A stretch of 64,000 nucleotides of DNA from Eledone cirrhosa (taxonomy: Eukaryota), in NCBI GenBank assembly GCA_964016885.1, contig OZ024748.1, positions 36,208,001-36,272,000 of the forward strand. Reading direction: 5' to 3'. Numbering within the stretch: the first letter of the stretch is position 1; every line of letters begins with the position of its first letter. Shown piece by piece: positions 1-13,500 of this stretch. Under the pieces are notes generated by a model that was not told the origin of the DNA, searched no databases, and was given only the letters and a program-made list of their open reading frames with translations. The position numbers were made by a program, and so were the translations under genes.

Positions 1-1579
1 CATTGGTTGTCTTCTCTTGATAAAACACACAGACATTGGTTGTCTTCTGTCTCGATAAAACACACTGACATTGGTTGTCTTCTGTCTCGATAAAACACAC
101 TGACATTGGTTGTCTTCTGTCTTGATAAAACACACTGACATTGGTTGTCTTCTCTTGATGAAACACACTGACATTGGTTGTCTTCTCTTGATAAAACTCA
201 CAGACATTGGTTGTCTTCTCTTGATTAAACACATTGACGTAGGTTGTCTTCTGTCTTGATAAAACACACAGACATTGGTTGTCTTCTCTTGATAAAACAC
301 ACTGACATTGGTTGTCCTCTGTCTTGATAAAACACACTGACATTGGTTGTCTTCTCTTGATTAAACACATTGACGTAGGTTGTCTTCTCTTGATAAAACA
401 CACTGACATTGGTTGTCTTCTCTTGATAAAACACACAGACATTGGTTGTCTTCTGTCTTGCTAAAACACACTGACATTGGTTGTCTTCTGTCTTGATAAA
501 ACACACTGACATTGGTTGTCTTCTCTTGATAAAACACACTGACATTGGTTGTCTTCTGTCTTGATAAAACACACAGACATTGGTTGTCTTCTGTCTTGAT
601 AAAACACACTGACATTGGTTGTCTTCTGTCTTGATAAGACACATTGACGTAGGTTGTCTTCTCTTGATAAAACACACTGACATTGGTTGTCTTCTGTCTT
701 GATAAAACACACAAACATTGGTTGTCTTCTGTCTTGATAAAACACACTGACATTGGTTGTCTTCTCTTGATGAAACACACTGACATTGGTTGTCTTCTCT
801 TGATAAAACACACTGACATTGGTTGTCTTCTCTTGATTAAACACATTGACGTAGGTTGTCTTCTCTTGATAAAACACACTGACATTGGTTGTCTTCTGTC
901 TTGATAAAACACACTGACATTGGTTGTCTTCTGTCTTGATGAAACACACTGACATTGGTTGTCTTCTCTTGATAAAACACACTGACATTGGTTGTCTTCT
1001 GTCTTGATAAAACACACTGACATTGGTTGTCTTCTCTTGATTAAACACATTGACGTAGGTTGTCTTCTCTTGATAAAACACACTGACATTGGTTGTCTTC
1101 TCTTGATAAAACACACTGACATTGGTTGTCTTCTGTCTTGATAAAACACACTGACATTGGTTGTCTTCTGTCTTGATAAAACACACAGACATTGGTTGTC
1201 TTCTGTCTTGATAAAACACACTGACATTGGTTGTCTTCTGTCTTGATAAAACACACTGACATTGGTTGTCTTCTCTTGATGAAACACACTGACATTGGTT
1301 GTCTTCTCTTGATAAAACACACAGACATTGGTTGTCTTCTCTTGATTAAACACATTGACGTAGGTTGTCTTCTGTCTTGATAAAACACACAGACATTGGT
1401 TGTCTTCTCTTGATAAAACACACTGACATTGGTTGTCTTCTGTCTTGATAAAACACACTGACATTGGTTGTCTTCTCTTGATTAAACACATTGACGTAGG
1501 TTGTCTTCTCTTGATAAAACACACTGACATTGGTTGTCTTCTCTTGATAAAACACACTGACATTGGTTGTCTTCTGTCT

Positions 1580-3000
1580 TGATAAAACACTGACATTGGT
1601 TGTCTTCTGTCTTGATAAAACACACAGACATTGGTTGTCTTCTGTCTTGATAAAACACACTGACATTGGTTGTCTTCTGTCTTGATAAAACACACAGACA
1701 TTGGTTGTCTTCTGTCTTGATAAAACACACTGACATTGGTTGTCTTCTGTCTTGATAAAACACACTGACATTGGTTGTCTTCTATCTTGATAAAACACAC
1801 TGACATTGGTTGTCTTCTGTCTTGATAAAACACACTGACATTGGTTGTATTCTGTCTTGATAAAACACACTGACATTGGTTGTCTTCTGTCTTGATAAAA
1901 CACACAGACATTGGTTGTCTTCTGTCTTGATAAAACACACTGACATTGGTTGTCTTCTGTCTTGATAAAACACACTGACATTGGTTGTCTTCTGTCTTGA
2001 TAAAACACACTGACATTGGTTGTCTTCTGTCTTGATAAAACACACAGACATTGGTTGTCTTCTGTCTTCATAAAACACACAGACATTGGTTGTCTTCTGT
2101 CTTGATAAAACACACTGACATTGGTTGTCTTATGTCTTGATAAAACACACTGACATTGGTTGTCTTCTCTTGATAAAACACACTGACATTGGTTGTCTTC
2201 TGTCTTGATAAAACACACTGACATTGGTTGTCTTCTGTCTTGATAAAACACACTGACATTGGTTGTCTTCTGTCTTGATAAAACACACTGACATTGGTTG
2301 TCTTCTGTCTTGATAAAACACACTGACATTGGTTGTCTTGTCTTGATAAAACACACTGACATTGGTTGTCTTCTGTCTTGATAAAATCACTGACATTGGT
2401 TGTCTTCTGTCTTGATAAAACACACAGACATTGGTTGTCTTCTGTCTTGATAAAACACACTGACATTGGTTGTCTTCTGTCTTGATAAAACACACAGACA
2501 TTGGTTGTCTTCTGTCTTGATAAAACACACTGACATTGGTTGTCTTCTGTCTTGATAAAACACACTGACATTGGTTGTCTTCTATCTTGATAAAACACAC
2601 TGACATTGGTTGTCTTCTGTCTTGATAAAACACACTGACATTGGTTGTATTCTGTCTTGATAAAACACACTGACATTGGTTGTCTTCTGTCTTGATAAAA
2701 CACACAGACATTGGTTGTCTTCTGTCTTGATAAAACACACTGACATTGGTTGTCTTCTGTCTTGATAAAACACACTGACATTGGTTGTCTTCTGTCTTGA
2801 TAAAACACACTGACATTGGTTGTCTTCTGTCTTGATAAAACACACAGACATTGGTTGTCTTCTGTCTTGATAAAACACACAGACATTGGTTGTCTTCTGT
2901 CTTGATAAAACACACTGACATTGGTTGTCTTATGTCTTGATAAAACACACTGACATTGGTTGTCTTCTCTTGATAAAACACACTGACATTGGTTGTCTTC
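1580..3000. repeat. Roughly 800-bp tandem sub-duplication in a pure 35-mer domain (homologous domains near 13.8, 42.5 and 45.5 kb show an 834-bp offset)
   Basis: The marker series CTATC, GTATTC, TTATG repeats at offset 800 (ORF stops 1782/2582 and 2130/2930). Offset 834 is seen at 13800/14634, 42554/43388 and 45524/46358. Confidence 0.8.
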
Positions 3001-3049
3001 TGTCTTGATAAAACACACTGACATTGGTTGTCTTCTGTCTTGATAAAAC

Positions 3050-6000
3050 ACACTGACATTGGCTGTCTTCTGTCTTGATAAAACACACTGACATTGGTTG
3101 TCTTCTGTCTTGATAAAACACACATACATTGGTTGTCTTCTGTCTTGATAAAACACACAGACATTGGTTGTCTTCTGTCTTGATAAAACACACTGACATT
3201 GGTTGTCTTCTGTCTTGATAAAACACACTGACATTGGTTGTCTTCTGTCTTGATAAAACACACAGACATTGGCTGTCTTCTGTCTTGATAAAACACACAG
3301 ACATTGGTTGTCTTCTGTCTTGATAAAACACACTGACATTGGTTGTCTTATGTCTTGATAAAACACACTAACATTGGTTGTCTTCTCTTGATAAAACACA
3401 CATACATTGGTTGTCTTCTGTCTCGATAAAACACACAGACATTGGTTGTCTTCTGTCTTGATAAAACACACTGACATTGGTTGTCTTCTCTTGATAAAAC
3501 ACACTGACATTGGTTGTCTTCTGTCTTGATAAAACACACTGACATTGGTTGTCTTCTCTTGATAAAACACACTGACATTGGTTGTCTTCTCTTGATAAAA
3601 CACACTGACATTGGTTGTCTTCTCTTGATAAAACACACTGACATTGGTTGTCTTCTGTCTTGATAAGACACACTGACATTGGTTGTCTTCTCTTGATAAA
3701 ACACACTGACATTGGTTGTCTTCTGTCTTGATAAGACACATTGACGTAGGTTGTCTTCTCTTGATAAAACACACTGACATTGGTTGTCTTCTGTCTTGAT
3801 AAAACACACAGACATTGGTTGTCTTCTGTCTTGATAAAACACACTGACATTGGTTGACTTCTGTCTTGATAAGACACATTGACGTAGGTTGTCTTCTCTT
3901 GATAAAACACACTGACATTGGTTGTCTTCTGTCTTGATAAAACACACAGACATTGGTTGTCTTCTGTCTTGATAAAACACACTGACATTGGTTGTCTTCT
4001 GTCTTGATAAGACACATTGACGTAGGTTGTCTTCTCTTGATAAAACACACTGACATTGGTTGTCTTCTGTCTTGATAAAACACACAGACATTGGTTGTCT
4101 TCTGTCTTGATAAAACACACTGACTTTGGTTGTCTTCTCTTGATGAAACACACTGACATTGGTTGTCTTCTCTTGATAAAACACACTGACATTGGTTGTC
4201 TTCTCTTGATTAAACACATTGACGTAGGTTGTCTTCTCTTGATAAAACACACTGACATTGGTTGTCTTCTCTTGATAAAACACACTGACATTGGTTGTCT
4301 TCTGTCTTGATAAAACACACTGACATTGGTTGTCTTCTGTCTTGATAAAACACACAGACATTGGTTGTGTTCTGTCTTGATAAAACACACTGACATTGGT
4401 TGTCTTCTGTCTTGATAAAACACACTGACATTGGTTGTCTTCTCTTGATAAAACACACTGACATTGGTTGTCTTCTGTCTTGATAAAACACACTGACATT
4501 GGTTGTCTTCTCTTGATAAAACACACAGACATTGGTTGTCTTCTGTCTCGATAAAACACACTGACATTGGTTGTCTTCTGTCTCGATAAAACACACTGAC
4601 ATTGGTTGTCTTCTGTCTTGATAAAACACACTGGCATTGGTTGTCTTCTCTTGATGAAACACACTGACATTGGTTGTCTTCTCTTGATTAAACACATTGA
4701 CGTAGGTTGTCTTCTGTCTTGATAAAACACACAGACATTGGTTGTCTTCTCTTGATAAAACACACTGACATTGGTTGTCTTCTGTCTTGATAAAACACAC
4801 TGACATTGGTTGTCTTCTCTTGATTAAACACATTGACGTAGGTTGTCTTCTCTTGATAAAACACACTGACATTGGTTGTCTTCTATTGATAAAACACACA
4901 GACATTGGTTGTCTTCTGTCTTGATAAAACACACTGACATTGGTTGTCTTCTGTCTTGATAAAACACACTGACATTGGTTGTCTTCTCTTGATAAAACAC
5001 ACTGACATTGGTTGTCTTCTGTCTTGATAAAACACACTGACATTGGTTGTCTTCTGTCTTGATAAAACACACTGACATTGGTTGTCTTCTGTCTTGATAA
5101 AACACACTGACATTGGTTGTCTTCTGTCTTGATAAAACACACTGACATTGGTTGTCTTGTCTTGATAAAACACACTGACATTGGTTGTCTTCTGTCTTGA
5201 TAAAATCACTGACATTGGTTGTCTTCTGTCTTGATAAAACACACAGACATTGGTTGTCTTCTGTCTTGATAAAACACACTGACATTGGTTGTCTTCTGTC
5301 TTGATAAAACACACAGACATTGGTTGTCTTCTGTCTTGATAAAACACACTGACATTGGTTGTCTTCTATCTTGATAAAACACACTGACATTGGTTGTCTT
5401 CTGTCTTGATAAAACACACTGACATTGGTTGTATTCTGTCTTGATAAAACACACTGACATTGGTTGTCTTCTGTCTTGATAAAACACACAGACATTGGTT
5501 GTCTTCTGTCTTGATAAACCACACTGACATTGGTTGTCTTCTCTTGATAAAACACACTGACATTGGTTGTCTTCTGTCTTGATAAAACACACTGACATTG
5601 GTTGTCTTCTGTATTGATAAAACACACTGACACTGGTTGTCTTCTGTCTTGATAAAACACACTGACATTGGTTGTCTTCTGTCTTGATAAAACACACTGA
5701 CATTGGTTGTCTTCTGTCTTGATAAACACACTGACATTGGCTGTCTTCTGTCTTGATAAAACACACTGACATTGGTTGTCTTCTGTCTTGATAAAACACA
5801 CATACATTGGTTGTCTTCTGTCTTGATAAAACACACAGACATTGGTTGTCTTCTGTCTTGATAAAACACACTGACATTGGTTGTCTTCTGTCTTGATAAA
5901 ACACACTGACATTGGTTGTCTTCTGTCTTGATAAAACACACAGACATTGGCTGTCTTCTGTCTTGATAAAACACACAGATATTGGTTGTCTTCTGTCTTG

Positions 6001-7500
6001 ATAAAACACACTGACATTGGTTGTCTTATGTCTTGATAAAACACACTAACATTGGTTGTCTTCTCTTGATAAAACACACATACATTGGTTGTCTTCTGTC
6101 TCGATAAAACACACAGACATTGGTTGTCTTCTGTCTTGATAAAACACACTGACATTGGTTGTCTTCTCTTGATAAAACACACTGACATTGGTTGTCTTCT
6201 CTTGATAAAACACACTGACATTGGTTGTCTTCTCTTGATAAAACACACTGACATTGGTTGTCTTCTCTTGATAAAACACACTGACATTGGTTGTCTTCTG
6301 TCTTGATAAGACACACTGACATTAGTTGTCTTCTCTTGATAAAACACACTGACATTGGTTGTCTTCTGTCTTGATAAGACACATTGACGTAGGTTGTCTT
6401 CTCTTGATAAAACACACTGACATTGGTTGTCTTCTGTCTTGATAAAACACACAGACATTGGTTGTCTTCTGTCTTGATAAAACACACTGACATTGGTTGT
6501 CTTCTGTCTTGATAAGACACACTGACATTGGTTGTCTTCTCTTGATAAAACACACTGACATTGGTTGTCTTCTGTCTTGATAAGACACATTGACGTAGGT
6601 TGTCTTCTCTTGATAAAACACACTGACATTGGTTGTCTTCTGTCTTGATAAAACACACAGACATTGGTTGTCTTCTGTCTTGATAAAACACACTGACATT
6701 GGTTGACTTCTGTCTTGATAAGACACATTGACGTAGGTTGTCTTCTCTTGATAAAACACACTGACATTGGTTGTCTTCTGTCTTGATAAAACACACAGAC
6801 ATTGGTTGTCTTCTGTCTTGATAAAACACACTGACATTGGTTGTCTTCTGTCTTGATAAGACACATTGACGTAGGTTGTCTTCTCTTGATAAAACACACT
6901 GACATTGGTTGTCTTCTGTCTTGATAAAACACACAGACATTGGTTGTCTTCTGTCTTGATAAAACACACTGACTTTGGTTGTCTTCTCTTGATGAAACAC
7001 ACTGACATTGGTTGTCTTCTCTTGATAAAACACACTGACATTGGTTGTCTTCTCTTGATTAAACACATTGACGTAGGTTGTCTTCTCTTGATAAAACACA
7101 CTGACATTGGTTGTCTTCTCTTGATAAAACACACTGACATTGGTTGTCTTCTGTCTTGATAAAACACACTGACATTGGTTGTCTTCTGTCTTGATAAAAC
7201 ACACAGACATTGGTTGTGTTCTGTCTTGATAAAACACACTGACATTGGTTGTCTTCTGTCTTGATAAAACACACTGACATTGGTTGTCTTCTCTTGATAA
7301 AACACACTGACATTGGTTGTCTTCTGTCTTGATAAAACACACTGACATTGGTTGTCTTCTCTTGATAAAACACACAGACATTGGTTGTCTTCTGTCTCGA
7401 TAAAACACACTGACATTGGTTGTCTTCTGTCTCGATAAAACACACTGACATTGGTTGTCTTCTGTCTTGATAAAACACACTGACATTGGTTGTCTTCTCT
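3050..7500. repeat. Block ~3050-4630 repeated at ~5730-7480 (offset ~2678, then 2849)
   Basis: ORF pairs 3348/6026 (2678) and 4056/6905 (2849). Shared markers GGTTGACTT, GACTTTGG, TTGTGTTC and paired CTCGAT. Confidence 0.8.
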
Positions 7501-10500
7501 TGATGAAACACACTGACATTGGTTGTCTTCTCTTGATAAAACTCACAGACATTGGTTGTCTTCTCTTGATTAAACACATTGACGTAGGTTGTCTTCTGTC
7601 TTGATAAAACACACAGACATTGGTTGTCTTCTCTTGATAAAACACACTGACATTGGTTGTCCTCTGTCTTGATAAAACACACTGACATTGGTTGTCTTCT
7701 CTTGATTAAACACATTGACGTAGGTTGTCTTCTCTTGATAAAACACACTGACATTGGTTGTCTTCTCTTGATAAAACACACAGACATTGGTTGTCTTCTG
7801 TCTTGCTAAAACACACTGACATTGGTTGTCTTCTGTCTTGATAAAACACACTGACATTGGTTGTCTTCTCTTGATAAAACACACTGACATTGGTTGTCTT
7901 CTGTCTTGATAAAACACACAGACATTGGTTGTCTTCTGTCTTGATAAAACACACTGACATTGGTTGTCTTCTGTCTTGATAAGACACATTGACGTAGGTT
8001 GTCTTCTCTTGATAAAACACACTGACATTGGTTGTCTTCTGTCTTGATAAAACACACAAACATTGGTTGTCTTCTGTCTTGATAAAACACACTGACATTG
8101 GTTGTCTTCTCTTGATGAAACACACTGACATTGGTTGTCTTCTCTTGATAAAACACACTGACATTGGTTGTCTTCTCTTGATTAAACACATTGACGTAGG
8201 TTGTCTTCTCTTGATAAAACACACTGACATTGGTTGTCTTCTGTCTTGATAAAACACACTGACATTGGTTGTCTTCTGTCTTGATGAAACACACTGACAT
8301 TGGTTGTCTTCTCTTGATAAAACACACTGACATTGGTTGTCTTCTGTCTTGATAAAACACACTGACATTGGTTGTCTTCTCTTGATTAAACACATTGACG
8401 TAGGTTGTCTTCTCTTGATAAAACACACTGACATTGGTTGTCTTCTCTTGATAAAACACACTGACATTGGTTGTCTTCTGTCTTGATAAAACACACTGAC
8501 ATTGGTTGTCTTCTGTCTTGATAAAACACACAGACATTGGTTGTCTTCTGTCTTGATAAAACACACTGACATTGGTTGTCTTCTGTCTTGATAAAACACA
8601 CTGACATTGGTTGTCTTCTCTTGATGAAACACACTGACATTGGTTGTCTTCTCTTGATAAAACACACAGACATTGGTTGTCTTCTCTTGATTAAACACAT
8701 TGACGTAGGTTGTCTTCTGTCTTGATAAAACACACAGACATTGGTTGTCTTCTCTTGATAAAACACACTGACATTGGTTGTCTTCTGTCTTGATAAAACA
8801 CACTGACATTGGTTGTCTTCTCTTGATTAAACACATTGACGTAGGTTGTCTTCTCTTGATAAAACACACTGACATTGGTTGTCTTCTCTTGATAAAACAC
8901 ACTGACATTGGTTGTCTTCTGTCTTGATAAAACACTGACATTGGTTGTCTTCTGTCTTGATAAAACACACAGACATTGGTTGTCTTCTGTCTTGATAAAA
9001 CACACTGACATTGGTTGTCTTCTGTCTTGATAAAACACACAGACATTGGTTGTCTTCTGTCTTGATAAAACACACTGACATTGGTTGTCTTCTGTCTTGA
9101 TAAAACACACTGACATTGGTTGTCTTCTATCTTGATAAAACACACTGACATTGGTTGTCTTCTGTCTTGATAAAACACACTGACATTGGTTGTATTCTGT
9201 CTTGATAAAACACACTGACATTGGTTGTCTTCTGTCTTGATAAAACACACAGACATTGGTTGTCTTCTGTCTTGATAAAACACACTGACATTGGTTGTCT
9301 TCTGTCTTGATAAAACACACTGACATTGGTTGTCTTCTGTCTTGATAAAACACACTGACATTGGTTGTCTTCTGTCTTGATAAAACACACAGACATTGGT
9401 TGTCTTCTGTCTTCATAAAACACACAGACATTGGTTGTCTTCTGTCTTGATAAAACACACTGACATTGGTTGTCTTATGTCTTGATAAAACACACTGACA
9501 TTGGTTGTCTTCTCTTGATAAAACACACTGACATTGGTTGTCTTCTGTCTTGATAAAACACACTGACATTGGTTGTCTTCTGTCTTGATAAAACACACTG
9601 ACATTGGTTGTCTTCTGTCTTGATAAAACACACTGACATTGGTTGTCTTCTGTCTTGATAAAACACACTGACATTGGTTGTCTTGTCTTGATAAAACACA
9701 CTGACATTGGTTGTCTTCTGTCTTGATAAAATCACTGACATTGGTTGTCTTCTGTCTTGATAAAACACACAGACATTGGTTGTCTTCTGTCTTGATAAAA
9801 CACACTGACATTGGTTGTCTTCTGTCTTGATAAAACACACAGACATTGGTTGTCTTCTGTCTTGATAAAACACACTGACATTGGTTGTCTTCTGTCTTGA
9901 TAAAACACACTGACATTGGTTGTCTTCTATCTTGATAAAACACACTGACATTGGTTGTCTTCTGTCTTGATAAAACACACTGACATTGGTTGTATTCTGT
10001 CTTGATAAAACACACTGACATTGGTTGTCTTCTGTCTTGATAAAACACACAGACATTGGTTGTCTTCTGTCTTGATAAAACACACTGACATTGGTTGTCT
10101 TCTGTCTTGATAAAACACACTGACATTGGTTGTCTTCTGTCTTGATAAAACACACTGACATTGGTTGTCTTCTGTCTTGATAAAACACACAGACATTGGT
10201 TGTCTTCTGTCTTGATAAAACACACAGACATTGGTTGTCTTCTGTCTTGATAAAACACACTGACATTGGTTGTCTTATGTCTTGATAAAACACACTGACA
10301 TTGGTTGTCTTCTCTTGATAAAACACACTGACATTGGTTGTCTTCTGTCTTGATAAAACACACTGACATTGGTTGTCTTCTGTCTTGATAAAACACACTG
10401 ACATTGGCTGTCTTCTGTCTTGATAAAACACACTGACATTGGTTGTCTTCTGTCTTGATAAAACACACATACATTGGTTGTCTTCTGTCTTGATAAAACA

Positions 10501-13500
10501 CACAGACATTGGTTGTCTTCTGTCTTGATAAAACACACTGACATTGGTTGTCTTCTGTCTTGATAAAACACACTGACATTGGTTGTCTTCTGTCTTGATA
10601 AAACACACAGACATTGGCTGTCTTCTGTCTTGATAAAACACACAGACATTGGTTGTCTTCTGTCTTGATAAAACACACTGACATTGGTTGTCTTATGTCT
10701 TGATAAAACACACTAACATTGGTTGTCTTCTCTTGATAAAACACACATACATTGGTTGTCTTCTGTCTCGATAAAACACACAGACATTGGTTGTCTTCTG
10801 TCTTGATAAAACACACTGACATTGGTTGTCTTCTCTTGATAAAACACACTGACATTGGTTGTCTTCTGTCTTGATAAAACACACTGACATTGGTTGTCTT
10901 CTCTTGATAAAACACACTGACATTGGTTGTCTTCTCTTGATAAAACACACTGACATTGGTTGTCTTCTCTTGATAAAACACACTGACATTGGTTGTCTTC
11001 TGTCTTGATAAGACACACTGACATTGGTTGTCTTCTCTTGATAAAACACACTGACATTGGTTGTCTTCTGTCTTGATAAGACACATTGACGTAGGTTGTC
11101 TTCTCTTGATAAAACACACTGACATTGGTTGTCTTCTGTCTTGATAAAACACACAGACATTGGTTGTCTTCTGTCTTGATAAAACACACTGACATTGGTT
11201 GACTTCTGTCTTGATAAGACACATTGACGTAGGTTGTCTTCTCTTGATAAAACACACTGACATTGGTTGTCTTCTGTCTTGATAAAACACACAGACATTG
11301 GTTGTCTTCTGTCTTGATAAAACACACTGACATTGGTTGTCTTCTGTCTTGATAAGACACATTGACGTAGGTTGTCTTCTCTTGATAAAACACACTGACA
11401 TTGGTTGTCTTCTGTCTTGATAAAACACACAGACATTGGTTGTCTTCTGTCTTGATAAAACACACTGACTTTGGTTGTCTTCTCTTGATGAAACACACTG
11501 ACATTGGTTGTCTTCTCTTGATAAAACACACTGACATTGGTTGTCTTCTCTTGATTAAACACATTGACGTAGGTTGTCTTCTCTTGATAAAACACACTGA
11601 CATTGGTTGTCTTCTCTTGATAAAACACACTGACATTGGTTGTCTTCTGTCTTGATAAAACACACTGACATTGGTTGTCTTCTGTCTTGATAAAACACAC
11701 AGACATTGGTTGTGTTCTGTCTTGATAAAACACACTGACATTGGTTGTCTTCTGTCTTGATAAAACACACTGACATTGGTTGTCTTCTCTTGATAAAACA
11801 CACTGACATTGGTTGTCTTCTGTCTTGATAAAACACACTGACATTGGTTGTCTTCTCTTGATAAAACACACAGACATTGGTTGTCTTCTGTCTCGATAAA
11901 ACACACTGACATTGGTTGTCTTCTGTCTCGATAAAACACACTGACATTGGTTGTCTTCTGTCTTGATAAAACACACTGGCATTGGTTGTCTTCTCTTGAT
12001 GAAACACACTGACATTGGTTGTCTTCTCTTGATTAAACACATTGACGTAGGTTGTCTTCTGTCTTGATAAAACACACAGACATTGGTTGTCTTCTCTTGA
12101 TAAAACACACTGACATTGGTTGTCTTCTGTCTTGATAAAACACACTGACATTGGTTGTCTTCTCTTGATTAAACACATTGACGTAGGTTGTCTTCTCTTG
12201 ATAAAACACACTGACATTGGTTGTCTTCTATTGATAAAACACACAGACATTGGTTGTCTTCTGTCTTGATAAAACACACTGACATTGGTTGTCTTCTGTC
12301 TTGATAAAACACACTGACATTGGTTGTCTTCTCTTGATAAAACACACTGACATTGGTTGTCTTCTGTCTTGATAAAACACACAGACATTGGTTGTCTTCT
12401 GTCTTGATAAAACACACTGACATTGGTTGTCTTCTGTCTTGATAAGACAGATTGACGTAGGTTGTCTTCTCTTGATAAAACACACTGACATTGGTTGTCT
12501 TCTGTCTTGATAAAACACACAAACATTGGTTGTCTTCTGTCTTGATAAAACACACTGACATTGGTTGTCTTCTCTTGATGAAACACACTGACATTGTTTG
12601 TCTTCTCTTGATAAAACACACTGACATTGGTTGTCTTCTCTTGATTAAACACATTGACGTAGGTTGTCTTCTCTTGATAAAACACACTGACATTGGTTGT
12701 CTTCTGTCTTGATAAAACACACTGACATTGGTTGTCTTCTGTCTTGATGAAACACACTGACATTGGTTGTCTTCTGTCTTGATAAAACACACTGACATTG
12801 GTTGTCTTCTCTTGATTAAACACATTGACGTAGGTTGTCTTCTCTTGATAAAACACACTGACATTGGTTGTCTTCTCTTGATAAAACACACTGACATTGG
12901 TTGTCTTCTGTCTTGATAAAACACACTGACATTGGTTGTCTTCTGTCTTGATAAAACACACAGACATTGGTTGTCTTCTGTCTTGATAAAACACACTGAC
13001 ATTGGTTGTCTTCTGTCTTGATAAAACACACTGACATTGGTTGTCTTCTCTTGATAAAACACACTGACATTGGTTGTCTTCTGTCTTGATAAAACACACT
13101 GACATTGGTTGTCTTCTCTTGATAAAACACACAGACATTGGTTGTCTTCTGTCTCGATAAAACACACTGACATTGGTTGTCTTCTGTCTTGATAAAACAC
13201 ACTGACATTGGTTGTCTTCTCTTGATGAAACACACTGACATTGGTTGTCTTCTGTCTTGATAAAACACACTGACATTGGTTGTCTTCTGTCTTGATAAAA
13301 CACACAGACATTGGTTGTCTTCTGTCTTAATAAAACACACAGACATTGGTTGTCTTCTCTTGATTAAACACATTGACGTAGGTTGTCTTCTGTCTTGATA
13401 AAACACACAGACATTGGTTGTCTTCTCTTGATAAAACACACTGACATTGGTTGTCTTCTGTCTTGATAAAACACACTGACATTGGTTGTCTTCTCTTGAT

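Larger units (their letters stand above)
1..12382. repeat. Segmental duplication within the array: 1-5037 repeated at 7346-12382 (offset 7345)
   Basis: Identical ORF-track entries are offset by 7345 (225/7570, 361/7706, 2068/9413, 3348/10693). Shared rare markers: AAAACTCAC ~193/7538, GTCCTCTG ~314/7659, TTGCTAAAA ~458/7803, CTTCATAAA ~2066/9411. The first clear mismatch is at 5038 vs 12383. Confidence 0.92.

Noticed and set aside
6300-6600. 171-bp offset change suggesting an alpha-satellite or nucleosome-length unit
   Set aside because: 171 is simply 3x35+2x33. It is not a dominant period and there is no similarity to alpha satellite or a CENP-B box.
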